64,000 nt of DNA from assembly GCA_044892525.1 (NCBI GenBank), contig CM097885.1, positions 47,741,727 to 47,805,726 of the forward strand. Direction: 5' to 3'. The DNA comes from Schmidtea polychroa (Eukaryota). The first letter of the stretch is position 1, and every line of letters starts with the position of its first letter. The position numbers and the translations under genes are program-made. Below the pieces are notes generated by a model. That model was not told the DNA's origin, did not search any database, and saw only the letters and a program-made list of their open reading frames with translations. Shown piece after piece: positions 1 to 13,220 of the stretch.

Positions 1-1779
1 TTGTACTAATTCATTAGTATTGACCTTTGTTTGTGTTTTCTTGTCTGATTTCTTTTGTTTTATTCCTCTTTCTCATTTCTCATTTCTTTTTACTTCAGTT
101 TTCTTTTCCGAGTTCCCATAGATCGTTCCGTTTGTCATGACGATTTTCCCCCAAGTAAAAGTAATTTTATTTATTTATTTATAAATTTGTTATTTAGGTA
201 TCTTCAACAGAGGACAGAGGCTAATAAAAGAATAAATACTCAAACAATCAACTTGAATCAAGAAAATCATCCGAAAAATAATCATAAAAATTGTTTCACA
301 TATCTCTTGTATTCAGAGACAATTGATATAACTATTTTATCCAAATCGTGATAATCGATGTCTTCTAATACTTATAGAACTAACTCCAAGATATCAAAGT
401 TCAGTTCAAGTCCTACAATAATAACTTAAAACTCGCTCAATTACAACCACATCAATTTCAATCATAACTTACTAAATTTCCTGATTAAATAACTGGAAAT
501 CTCCAAAAGTACAACGAAGTATTCTTATTTTTGTTAATAAAATTGTAATAATTATTATTTGTGGTTTTGTATCTTTGTCAATATACATACAAGTACCCCG
601 ACTGTCCCGCCACATTTCTTTACTAGAGACACAGTCAAGCTCTACGGACTTTCCCAACACATCAAATTAGAAGCACTCACAATCACAACTGATAACAAAG
701 TCACAATAAATAACTAATACTTAACTATTAACTATTAGACAATAATAATCTTCAATCAAAAACGATGGGATAGTGGCTTTTCGCTTAATTTTATTTTCAA
801 AGTTGTTAATACCCTCTATTACTAGGATTATGTTTATGGCCAGGGCGAGAACTCTGCATATGTGTAAAAAAATAAACAGTAGCTTAGGACTTCCACCGAT
901 CAAGACTCAAGAAAATATAATCCTGAAAAGTTGTTATGATAATTCTGATGTGAATGTATTTAAATCCGAAATATAATATATTTTTTTAATTTTGTAAGTG
1001 TTTTTGTAGCATTACGATAAAGGTAAAATTTTCTATCAGCTCATCAATTTACATTACCTTATTTCCTAACCGCAACACAATGTTTTTTTACCATCAATCA
1101 CCTGTCGCAAGCGACTTTGGTTATGTGCAATAGTGGGTGGCCGTCAGCAAAAGGTGAGTTTCATAACTAGGGCTGCTAATGCCCTGACGCGCCTTTACGT
1201 CCATGGACTTACAAAAGATGGTATTGTGCCATAATTTATCAGTGATACCTTGTTACCAAAATTTCATTATGACCTATGTTATTAACTTGATTCACTTTTT
1301 ACCCATCATATGTGCTCACAGATTTTCGATAATACTTATCAAGTAACTATTGAAAATTCAACTTTTTTCAAAAAACAAAAGATATCTAAACTAAATTTAC
1401 TATTCTATTGTTAATCACTTAAGTCTATGAAATTCTTTGATTATCCAGCGATATGAGCTTTTTTGAGTAGTTTCAGTCGACTTCGCTCATTTTTTCCGAA
1501 AGCTGCTTGTCATTAGATTTATGTGCGTTTACCGGTGGAATGATTGGTCCAGTGTTGAGCATTGGTAGAAAATCATCATCAGCTGGAAAGAGGTCTTGTT
1601 CGGATATGTAGGCTCTGGCATGAATCTTTTATAGATGAGTTGACTTAATTTTAAAAAGGCTATTTTTGCGCCTGATCCCTGGTAGTGACTTTTAGGTCCT
1701 TTAGTTACCAGATCTTCTTTTATCTGTTTTTTTCGCACTTCAGTTTTTTTATAGATCTTCTTTACGTGGTCAGGGTAAA

Positions 1780-1903
1780 ACAATGTCGACTCCAGGTTTC
1801 GACACATCTTGATCAGCCGGTTGGATTGTGTTCGGATCTCGTTTATCAATTCACATGTAATGGGTGTAATGCCACATACATTGGAGAAATTAATTATATT
1901 TAG
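1780..1903 (+). pseudogene. Penelope-like retroelement GIY-YIG endonuclease fragment
   Basis: The ORF 1685..1903 ends in DLVYQFTCNGCNATYIGE, the VY-x-CxxC-x-YIGE start of the Penelope GIY-YIG domain, then truncates. Confidence 0.65.
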
Positions 1904-2549
1904 AATAAAATGTAATGGAAATGATTTCAAGGTATTACATTTTCTTTTGAAAAAATAGTTACCAAGAAGAATAAAGGAGCTCACAAATCATAGAATAATT
2001 TAACAAAGGGCTCGCGCTAGCCCCCGCGAGCCTTTTATAGCTCACTACTGCCTAAACCTCGATTTGCGTCGTAAATTAATTTTCATCATTTCAAAGTTGC
2101 GACATTAAAATTTCAATTTGCATTTTAAAATTTTAATAACTTTTTAAGATGTAAAATATTTAGGGACCGAAAATAAAATTTATTTTGGCAAACAGAAAAG
2201 GTTAACCATGCAACAATGCGCAATAATGTGAGGTCTTCAGGTTTAAAATGAATTAAAGGATTTAAAAAATTATCGAATGTAAAAATTATAATTTTTATGA
2301 ATTTAGCGAACTTTTGTTTTAATTTAATAATTTTTTAAGTTTTTTATTTAATGAACTGTTTTAATTTTTAATGAATTAAAGTTTTTATTGATATTCATAC
2401 ACTTATGATATAAAAACATGTTTTTATTAATAAAATTTGGTTTTTTTCATGAAATTTACTACAACATACCAATTAATTTAAAACTGGTATAAACACATAC
2501 GATAAATGATTTCGATTTGCGTCGTCTTTCTACGGTCCGAATTAACGAC

Positions 2550-3090
2550 TCAAATCGAGGCTTAGGTTGTTTTAGTGCAAAAACGATAGCATAGCATTCT
2601 TTTTCTATTGTTGAATAACTAAGTTGTGCACATTTTAATGTTTTACTTACATATGCTGTTACATAATCTTTGAATTTCTCCTCCTCTTGTTCTAAGACAG
2701 CCCCTACGGCTTTCCCGCTGGCGTCTGTCATGACGATGAATTTTTTTTAAGTCTGGTTACTGCAATACTGGTGCTGTTATTAATTTTTCCTTCAACTGGT
2801 CAAATGCTGCTTGATGTTCAATTGTCCATCTCTTTTGTGGTTTGTTAAGTTTTTCGTTAATTTGTTGTACTATTAAAACTCCCTTACTTTCTCCTTTTGT
2901 TTTTACTCCTTTTGTTAATTCTATTATTGGCGCTGCAATTTTAGCATAATCCTGTATAAATTTATCCTCTTAATCCTAAAAATCCTTGCACTTGCTATGT
3001 TTTCGGAACTGGGAATTTTTTTACTACCTCGATTTTATCTGGGTTTGGTGTTATCACTTCTACTGTGACAATATGTCCTAAAAATAATGC
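2550..3090 (-). pseudogene. Ty3/Gypsy pol remnant (RT thumb/connection and RNase H)
   Basis: FLGHIV..PNPDKIEVVKKFPVPKT, then TDASGKAVGAVL..YSTIEKECYAIVFALK; frameshifted and truncated. Confidence 0.85.
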
Positions 3091-3099
3091 CGAGGGCTC

Positions 3100-3380
3100 T
3101 GTCCATTTACATTTGTACAAAAGGTCCAAAACTGCAAGCTGTATGCCATGAACAAGAGACAGTTGTTGTTCTGGAGCGATAAGTTTACCGACCTTTACCA
3201 TAACACTGGCACCGTTAGTAACAATGCATATGATATCATTAGTGGAAGACAAATTATATTTATCCAGCCTCTTACTTGGTAGCTCTACACATACTTCAAC
3301 TGCCATTGATCCAAGCACAGGGACAAGGCCCAAATTCCAGAATTTTTAATAGTTACCATGAACATTGACATTCATTGACA
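3100..3380 (-). pseudogene. hAT DNA transposase fragment
   Basis: LGLVPVLGSM..IICIVTNGASVMVKVGK..QQLSLVHGIQLAVLDLLYK resembles the hAT TD-x-ASVM and CxxH motifs in degenerate form. It abuts the Gypsy fragment. Confidence 0.65.
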
Positions 3381-4140
3381 TTCAAAAATATAACAAACAA
3401 AACTGCGAAACCACTGAACAGGAACCAAAAGGAGACCGGACTCCGAATTTGATGGGAAAACAGTGCTAACAACAGATTTCATTCTAATAAAAAAATAATC
3501 CACAAAAGGTTCAAATCCAAATATGAATGTCCAATCAAACTATTTGAAATCAACAAAAACGTACCCACAATATTCAAAAACAACAACAAAATGAAAATAA
3601 ACATAAGACAAATAAAACCCTACCACCAGAACCAAAACCTGTAAAACAACCCACTAAAAGACAAAACACAGACTCAAACACAAACAAAAACACAACCAAA
3701 CCACAAAAACATCATATTCAACTACAAAAACTCAATAAAACTACTCGACAAAAACACCCCTATAAAAAAACGATACAGCGATTGTTTCAAATGAAACAGA
3801 AACATACAAAAACAAAAGACATGCACAAACAATGCTGATTGTACAGTTTTTATTTCGTCGTAATTATGGTACAGTTTGTAAATTTTCTTATCCAAGTTGT
3901 ATCAAAAATAAAAATAAAATACACATAAACATATAACAAAAACATAAAAAAAGGTTATTGTAGAAATGTTATCATTTTTTATCTTTCATGTTAACCTCCG
4001 GTTTTAAATGGGGAAGTTATGTAGTAGATTGTTGTAAATAATTGTAAATAATAGTAAATAAATGTTGTAAACAATATCCTAACTAGGTTCTGTGTTTCTT
4101 TATTTATTATCGTGCCCGCAACGTCTGGGAAAGGAAACTT

Positions 4141-4142
<2 letters not shown>

Positions 4143-4184
<42 letters not shown>
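4143..4184. repeat. (TA)n microsatellite
   Basis: Directly visible. Confidence 0.95.
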
Positions 4185-4188
<4 letters not shown>

Positions 4189-4624
4189 TATAGTAATTTT
4201 TAACTACTATTACTATTTTATTATTATAAGAACTTTTATTTCTTCCAATTTCACCACTGATTATTTTTTCTATTGAATTTATTAAAAAGAGAGTTTGAAG
4301 TCTATAAATCAGTAATATATCGATGTTTGTTGATACTCACGAATCTTCGGCACTGCCGTTTTCAAGTGAATTTGATCATTATTACATTTAATAATTATTG
4401 TTGGGAAAAATAAATTTATTTCGTATTTTATAATAAATTTATTGGTTTAAGTATATTTTATTTTAATTACCCAAATAATATTTCCTATTTTTAAATTTTT
4501 AAATTCTATAATTTAATTTAATTTTTTAATTTTTTAATTTTTAATATTTTAATATTTTATTTTATAAAAAATTTTTTTTTATATTTTAAATATTTTTTAA
4601 TTTTAAATCTAATTAAATATTAAT

Positions 4625-4885
4625 TTAGTTGAATGTTGATGGACAGTTTAAGTTTTTTGATATAAAGAGTCTCAGCGGCTAATCTTTGCAATGAATTTTT
4701 GAACTCATTTTGTTTCGTGTAAGAGTGATACTGATTTGTGCACTTTTTTCCAGTGTTCGTGATAATTGCTGGTTTCGCTCTTGACGTGTTCATTGAGTCT
4801 TGGTTGGAACGTTCTATGTGTTTCGCCTATGTACGATGCATCACATCTTATGCAAGTAATTTGGTAAACAATGTTCTTTGAGAAG
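4625..4885 (-). pseudogene. Penelope-like GIY-YIG endonuclease 3' fragment
   Basis: Manual minus-strand translation: KNIVYQITCIRCDASYIGETHRTFQPRLNEH.., then after a stop/frameshift ETLYIKKLKLSINIQ. Confidence 0.8.
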
Positions 4886-5167
4886 CAGAAACATTTGGTG
4901 GAGGATTGGCATATACAATCATAAGCGATCAGATTGATTTTTATCCCATTGTTAAATAATTAATAATTATTTATTGCTCAATGTAGTTTGCAATTTTTCA
5001 CAAGAATATTTTCTAAATAAAAAATAATATTATAATTTGAGCTTCATTAGAACTCTTGAATAAAGGAAGAATAACTTCATTAAAATAATTTCTTAATAAA
5101 ATAATATTTTAACATTAACAAAATTTTTAAAAATAAAGGCTTCTCTCTAAAGCTTGTTTAGTTTTAA

Positions 5168-5411
5168 CCCTTAAATGCATGATGATGTATTTATACATCA
5201 GTGTATTTGTCCTTAAATAATTTCTAAACGGTAACTCAAACACAGTATTTTTTGCTTTTATTAGGTGCTAAAAATATTTATCTTAGTTTCTGAACGCAAG
5301 CTGTCACAATATGGCAGTTAACTTTTTCAATTGTCAAAATTTGACAGCTTGGCGCAGCATTTTCTGTGTCAATTTATAGTATTAAAAAAGGAAAAATCAT
5401 GCATTTAAGGG
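5168..5411. mobile_element. piggyBac-type MITE (244 bp)
   Basis: Perfect 16-bp TIR CCCTTAAATGCATGAT; TTAA on both sides (5164-5167, 5412-5415). Confidence 0.9.
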
Positions 5412-5542
5412 TTAAAGTAAATATGACTTTTTTTTAATTAATTTCTCCTAATCTAAAATTTTGTTTAAATAATCATGTTTGTAAACAATATTTTAAAAAA
5501 TATATTTTTTTGTATTAATATTTGAAATTTAGTTGTTTATGA

Positions 5543-7619
5543 ATGTCAAGCATAAAGTGGAAATTAAATGTTTCACATAGTCTAGATAAAGGTGGACGGA
5601 ATTATATGGAAGACGTTATTTATAATTATTTTGAAAAAGATAATGAACGTGTTATTTTTGGTCTTTTTGGTATTTTCGATGGACACGGTGGAGTTCAAGC
5701 TGCTGATTTTGTTAAAAATACTCTCAAAAATGAATTAATTAAAATAGATAAATTTTGGAGTAGTGACAACAATGAAGTACTAGAAGCCATTAAATTAGCT
5801 TATTTTAAAGTTCAAAAATTAATATGGATAGATAGAGGTTTATATTCTATTATTATTTTTCTATTAATACATTTTTCAGAAAATTGGCCGCGTACGCTAA
5901 CTGGTTATAAAAGTACAGCTGGTACTACAGCAACTATTGTAATAATTAGAAATGGTGTTTTATACACTGGCCATGTTGGTGATTCTGGAGTTTTGCTTAT
6001 GTATAATAATGAAAATAAAGTCACTGTTAGTGAGGAATTGACTAAAGTAAATTAGAGATAATGTAATAATCGTTATGATTTTATTAAAACAGGACCACAA
6101 ACCGGAAGATCCTTTAGAGCGAAAACGCATTGAAGCAAGCGGGGGCAGTTTGAAATATAAAGGTGGTGTTGTCCGAGTTAATTGGCACCGTGAGAACATA
6201 AATAACGATTCTCGGGAAATAAAAAAAATATCATTTTTAGCTGTTTCTAGATCACTGGGGGATTTGTGGAGCTATGATGCGAAAACCCACCAATATCATG
6301 TATCACCCGAACCTGATGTACGATGGATTGATTTAGATAATAATGTCCATAGAGCTGTAATTATCGGCAGTGATGGAATATGGAATGTGATCAAACGAGA
6401 GAAATGCGTTGAATTAATAAAGTTGTGTAATCACTTAATAAAGGACGGTTATTCGATAAATCCAGCTCAATTAATTATTAATTACTGTTTATTTCAATGG
6501 AGAAAGAAGAATCTCGCAGCTGATAATGTTAGTGTCATCGTAATTCTATTGGATGGGGAAAATTCAGCATGCGACCAATCGAAATGTGAAATCGATTGTC
6601 AATTAGAATCGATGGAATTATATAATGAAATTATTATGAATAATCTTTTAATGAATTATTTAACTGAAGAGTCTGAAACATTGTTAGATAATTTCCCAGA
6701 TGGTTATGTAATGCCGAAAACATTTTGTGATGATGAAGATTGGATGTTACTAAAACGATATGTAAAAGCTAATCAAAAATTTTCTGCATGTTGTCAAAAT
6801 TGGTACGATATTGACGAATATTGGCCAATTCTATTGAAAGGATTCAAAAATATCGACCAGGGAAAGTTTCCAAATGTTGTTCTCTATTTTGATTCGTTAT
6901 CGGATGATTATTTATCAGAATTATTGTCAGGTTTTCCATGGAGTGTTTGCTGTCTGGAATTGCTGGACTTACTGGGATTGAACAGCCAAGTAAGGAATTA
7001 TATCAAATTGCAACCGCTGTTGACGGAGTTTTGGAATAGTTTCTACCGGATTGTTATCAATAACCCTGTGATATATACAAATAAGCTGCTATCGAAATTA
7101 TCAATGTCCGATCTCATGAGAAACGTTTTAATCGCTAAATCGAATGATCTCACAAATTGGATTAAAACTCTCATCAGTCCCACCAATGACAACATTTCCA
7201 TCACAAATTACGATTCGTTCAAATTTTCTTTGAAAAAAGCCCGAACTTTAGTTCACTATGATTTTTTACGAGATTCCAATGAAAGGAATTCCAACTTCGC
7301 AGAAAATTCACACAGCCAGTTGAATAATTGTTTAACATTGAAACGATCTGCCTCATACGACACCAGTAAATCTCAGTTATATTGTAACTACAACACAAGT
7401 TTTAAGCCTTTCAGTTCTGACACGCCTTTGCTGTCACCGTCGACATCGTCGTGTTCTCATTCGTCGACGAATATTGATTTTGAGAATCATTTTTCTATCT
7501 CAGCCAATCACAATTTGCCTTATATTGTCGATCATGCATCAAATCAGATTTCATATCCCAAGAAGAGGAGACTTATGCGGCAGGCATCGTTTATTATCAT
7601 GAATACAAACGATGTTTAG
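5543..7619 (+). CDS. PPM1D: Protein phosphatase 2C family, PPM1D/Wip1-like; exons 5543-5837, 5880-6046, 6093-7619 (662 aa)
   Basis: PP2C motifs GGRNYMED, FGIFDGHGG, GHVGDS, DHKPE, SRSLGD, SDGIW, DNVSV; PPM1D-like WPRTLTGYKSTAGTTA, GVVRVNWHR and LGDLWSYD. Two GT-AG introns (42 and 46 bp) join the ORFs in frame. Confidence 0.9.
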
Positions 7620-9289
7620 AGCTAAATAATACTCATTTATACTCATTGAATGTCTTTTTTGATTTGTTTATTTTATTGTTATTGTCGTTGATCTTGTATT
7701 GTAGTTCTTTTCAATAATATTAATTTATTTTTGATAAATTTATTCATTTGTTTTATAATTTTTTATTATTTAATTTTCATTAATATATTTCATATATCAA
7801 GCGGCAAGTGATTGCACCTAAATTGACTTTTAATAATATTTCGAAAAACTAACCTATAATGCACCCAAGCGCTATTGATAGGACTCATTCGGATATTTAA
7901 TTGCACCAAATCAATAGTTTTTGTTTTTAAATAATATATTTTTTTTTAAATTTGAATATTTTACAATAAAAGTAAGGTATTCCGAATAAATTTTCTTTAT
8001 TGATTAAATATTTTTTAAGATTTTGAATGTGTTTAAGTAATTGAAGGATGAAGGTTGGGAGTCGTGTTTGTGGTATAATTATGTTTGTGTTTTGTAAACT
8101 GTAATTTTTTTAAATTTGTTAATTTTATGTTGAATGTTAAATGTTATTAAATTAAAATTTAATTTTAAAATAATATGTATGTGGGACTATGTAAAATATG
8201 GTTTGGTTTTTTAAAATATATTTTTTTTTTTGAAATATTTTTTTAAAATTTTTGATACAGTTTGGAGATGATTATTAATAGTTAATTTGTTTAGATATTG
8301 CATATTTTATGTCTTATTATTGATTATCCAGATTGCGGCCTGACGAAGATTGTTGTACAATTGAAATATATCGCGTTTATGTTGAAATTATTAAGTTGGC
8401 GTTTCTGTATTATTAAATCATTGCCAAGTTTTTTTGATTATTTTTATATAAATTATGTTTTTTTAAGTTAATTTTTAATTTAAAAATCTAAATAAAAAAT
8501 TGTAAATTATAAATTTCTTTCTAAAATAAAGTTAACAACAGCTCGGGTCGAATCCAACTAGCAACAGCTCGGCCGGGGCAAACAAATTGAAAACAGCTCT
8601 ATATGAGCAAATAAAGAAAGTAACTGAAAATTTTTAATTAAATTTTATAATTTCAGAAAATATAGTTTAAAACATAATAAAAAATAAGATATAATATTTG
8701 AAATATTTCATAAAAACATAATACAATTTTCTTTTAACATAAAAAGACACATTTTTAGTTTCATAATAAAAAATTTTTATTTTAACATAATCATAGAAAT
8801 ATTTTTAATAATGACACATGTGTAAAATAAATAAATAAAATTTCCATATACCATTGCGCAGGGAAAATAATATAAATAGCGACCCAAAATAAGTAGTGGT
8901 TGCCCAAAAAATTTACCGTTCTTAGTAAACTAAAAATGGTGGATCCTTATTAGTTTTTAAAATCAAACAGACAATTACAGAAACGTTCAAAACTTTGCAA
9001 GCATACACAACGCATATAAAACATATAACATCTACATAACACGCCCCATTTTTCAGTGGAATCATTTTTGGTAATTTGTATTGGTAATATTTTATATTTC
9101 AAATAAATATTTATTAACCCGACTTCGTTTTTATATTTTGATAGACCTATATAGTCACCAGTGCAACGTTGGGAATCTCAATTACTGAGACTCAACAATT
9201 ATAATACAAAATTACAAAATATTACTTTTTGAAAAGAAACTGCATACGTCTGTGATCTTGACCAAATTTTTTGATCACTTTGTCGATTA

Positions 9290-9960
9290 TTTTTTGTTTT
9301 TTTTACTCATCATGCAAAGTTCAGAAAGTCTATTTTCACACATTGTTAACCTTTGCCACGTTTTGACTCTTTTCAGTGTGATAAATAATCTTTCAACAGT
9401 GCAAGCTAACACTGGCAATGTTAAAGCAATAAGAACTACTTTCTTAATAGCTGGAAAAAGGTCTGTGAATTATAATAAATCCATCATTCCATCGCGACTT
9501 TTGATTTCAAAATCCGACTTTTATTTGACCACATCTCAAACCAAATGCTTGCCTCAGCATCAAAGTTTTCAATTTGATACTCCATTATGATGTTTTTTGT
9601 GTGAGTTTTGAATTCATCTTTTGAAAGTTTTAACATTTCTACTGGGTGAAGTGAAAATAGACTAAAATTGATTTTGTTATTGTCATTGAATCTGCTCTCC
9701 AACGATGAGATGATTGAATCCAAGTATGGTATAAAGACATATCTTCAAAAGTAATCTTCAACAGTTGAATCACCATTATTTGAACATTGTATTTGCCTCT
9801 TACATTGTCTGGGAATTGTCAACTGGATGTTTTATTGTTCTGCCAATTTCTCACTTTGAGAAATAATGGTCTTAAAAAACTCTTCGGCATTTTGTCTGTG
9901 CTGCATTTAGCTCCATTCTCTTTTATCAAAACTCACAAACCATTCATCTTTTTTTCTCAA
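9290..9960 (-). pseudogene. hAT transposase C-terminal remnant (dimerisation domain)
   Basis: DSIISSLESRF.. and, in another frame, LTLPVLACTVERLFITLKRVKTW..MCENRLSEL; several stops and frameshifts. Confidence 0.8.
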
Positions 9961-10361
9961 GTTAAATAATATTGTTCGACAAACACTTCAAAAAATTCAA
10001 AAAAATGAAAAAAATATTGATCTATAGTCGAAAATGAAGATGCATAATTTGAATTTAAAAATAATCAATCAGTAAATAAGAAAATTAAGGATTTATTGAT
10101 AATTATTAAGCTTTACAATTTGTCGATAAGTTCCTTTATTAGTTTCATTATTAATCAATTTATTTATAAATCAATATTTGAGTGAAATAAATGAAAAACA
10201 GTGTTTAACATTAAAATCAAACAGGAAGCCTCTTTAAATTTAAATTTTTTATTAATTTTTTTGTCTTGGGTTTTTCCAACATTCATTGAGCGCATCTATC
10301 AAAATGTGTTTAAATTAATCGAAAAATAGAATGGTTTGGGAAATCCAGGAGGGGCAAGTCT

Positions 10362-10760
10362 TCTGTGCCTCCCCAAGTGGGGTCAGAAGAACATGGGCAT
10401 CATAGTTCTCCGTACGGAACATTAAGCTTAGCATGTCGGGGTAGTCAACTACCAGCACATTCGAAACGTATTAAAAATACATTACAAATGTGCGAGCATG
10501 ACAATGCGTCATTGGCACTGTAACCAAATTAATTAATGTATTCACTAACAACAATATATATTTACAGAGGCCTCCCACTAGTTGGATTACAACCACCCAC
10601 CACGACGATCAGCTTGTAAACACGTATTAATTAAGGAATAAAGAGGGCCCCACAACCCGATAATATTTAATTTACAAAATAATGTTTCTAATATCCAAGG
10701 GCTTCTCCGCCAGTTTTCTCACTCTTCTGGATTTTCTCTGGCATTTGTCGGTAATCTATC
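10362..10760. repeat. Dispersed repeat, second copy at ~54032-54350 (same orientation)
   Basis: TCTGTGCCTCCCCAAGTGGGGTCA..TTTACAGAGGCCTCCCACTAGTTGGATTACAACC..GGTAATCTATC is shared with high similarity. Confidence 0.9.
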
Positions 10761-11649
10761 ACCATTATTTATTATTATTATTTAAATTATTATTATTATT
10801 ATAATTAATAGTATTATTACTAATTATTATTTATTAGCATTATTCTAATTATTATTATTTTTAAGATTTAAGACAAATATTGAAATTCTAATAATATCAA
10901 CAAATTTGTATTAATTTTTTTCATTCTAATTATTATTATTAATTACTTAGTATGAGTTGGCGAAGTTCTAAATAAAGAAATCTATTCAACATTGAACCAT
11001 CTAATAAAACAGAATATGAGCATCCTTTAAATTAATTAATAAAATATTTTTATTAGGATAATCTAAGCAAGTGATATATAATGAAGTGACGTAAGACATT
11101 TTATCGGTAGTCCAGGACCTGAAAATGAAAATGTAATGAGGTAGTAGAGGTCACTTGCTCATTGATTTTCACCCACTGTGTACATTAACAACATGGTTGT
11201 TGCCATGGGTATGCAGAGGCTATAAAGTAAAATAATCACGAAGACGTTTAGGAAAGAGTTGATGCCAAATCCATACGTAACCCTAGAACATTTAAATGAC
11301 ACACCCCCTAAGCGCCAACACTGTCAAAGTCGAGTTGATTTGTTGGAGTGAAAATTTCGAAAATTATGGTATAAATGATTTCTGAGTGTAATTAAAAATT
11401 AAAATATGTCGAGACCATGCTCTTATATTGATTTTGACAGAAACATACATTTGAATAATTAAAATGAATCAGGTTCGATTTATTTGCATATTTTTATTTT
11501 TGCTTGAATCCAACAAGAAACAGCCAAAAATAAGTAGGCCTTGACAGAAAATAATCTCAGATAATTTCATTATTTTGGTAAGAATGTAAAAACCAATAAT
11601 CAATAATAAATTTACTAAATAATTAATTTTATATCCAGAAACCCCCATC

Positions 11650-12640
11650 ATGTCTCAGAAAGTATTCAAACAGTTCAAAACCGGCGTAAAAGTAGACGAA
11701 AATTCTGTTTGGTTTTATTTTCTGCGTGATAAAGAAAATCAACTTGCAAAGTGTAAGAAATGCAATAAAGAGATAAAATCACATGGTGGCAGTACAAATA
11801 AACTTCATACACATCTAAGAACAAAACATGAAATCGACTTGCTAAAGAGAAAATTGATTCAAGGCGCAGCATCGTCATCGGCTCCGTTCGCCAAAAAATC
11901 CAAACCTCTGATCACCGATTTTTTCTAAAATTAACAAGTTGTTGATTGCAATTTTTTCAAGAATGACCGCCCTTGACAGAATGCCCTTTAAAGTTGTTTG
12001 TCACATAAGTTGAACTGAGAATTTCATTAGAAGCTCGTGGGTTTATTGTTCGAAATCAGCGACGACGATTCGAAAAATTGTTGTCAAATACGCAAACACA
12101 ATCAGTGAGACGATCATATCTAAATTCACTCGCCTTGGTGCGACGGACGCCTTTTTCTAGCTTGTTGCACTATCTGCACAAGGGCCATCAACGATACGAA
12201 AATTTGAATCCAGCGCTGTCGATTGAGCACCTTAGTCATTGTAAATATCAATGTTTGTCTGAATGAGCGACTCAATCAGCGAGCCGACGACCCTCTCACT
12301 TTCACCAGCGTTTCATCGGACAACGATTATGTTGACAGCACTGCAAATTTGTCATTGAAAGAAAAGCTTGACATAAGAATTTCAAATGAAAAGAACTTTA
12401 AAAACAATGTAAGATTGAACGTTTCAAAAGATTTATCAAAAGGAGATTGCAATTTTCGAAGAAGGAACTCGTGGAAAATATTTGCAAAGCTTTTACGAAT
12501 ACTTAAGAACTATAAAGCCAACAAATATTGAATCGGAGCGTGGATTTTTGGCAAGTGGCAACTTTGTCACCAAATTATGATTTCTTGAAGATAACACTCT
12601 AAATGTCCTTTGTTTTTTACGGGCATATTTTACAAAGGAA
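11650..12640 (+). pseudogene. hAT transposase remnant with BED zinc finger, internally deleted
   Basis: SVWFYF..AKCKKC..GGSTNKLHTHLRTKH is a BED finger; downstream IKPTNIESERGFLASGNFVTK is the hAT C-terminal motif; broken frames between. Confidence 0.85.
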
Positions 12641-13220
12641 AAAATAGCGCGAATTGAAAATTCTGTAATTTTGATATCTAATAAAAAAGTTTATTGAAGC
12701 ACTGTCAATTTTTACTTTTTATTGAATTTAATTATATTTTTAAAAAGAATCAATGACGGTATTGGATGCACTATTCACGAATTTTTTGGTACTGCCTTTT
12801 TCAAGTGATTTTTTAATGTTGTATTTATAAATAATTATGATAAGACGTAACTTTATTCTGACTCCTTGCGTCCCTTTTCTCAAAACACACACACACACAC
12901 ATCCCAACGAATAACAAAGTTTATTTCGTGTAATTCGTGCGTAATAGGAACGCCCGGACATAAGAAAGACGGATTTGTCTACTTACAAATTGATTAAAAA
13001 TACGATTAAATCGTAAATGCAATATATTTATAGATTAGTATAAATCAATCCAAAAATCAATGAAAAATACACGACTTTGTATTTAATCAATTAAAAAATT
13101 AAAATTAAAGCTTTAATTTCATTTCAAAAAAATCGATATAAAATTTAAATCATTTCTTTAAACTTTCAAAATATAAATTATCATGACACAATAATAAATT
13201 TTCTATTTTATAAATGGATA

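Noticed and set aside
2995..3333. Novel hAT-Gypsy fusion protein
   Set aside because: Chance in-frame junction of two decayed fragments; catalytic motifs degenerate.
4290..4360. Hammerhead ribozyme on the minus strand near the Penelope fragment
   Set aside because: Core reads CCGAAGA and CAAAC rather than CTGANGA and GAAAC; at best a dead relic.
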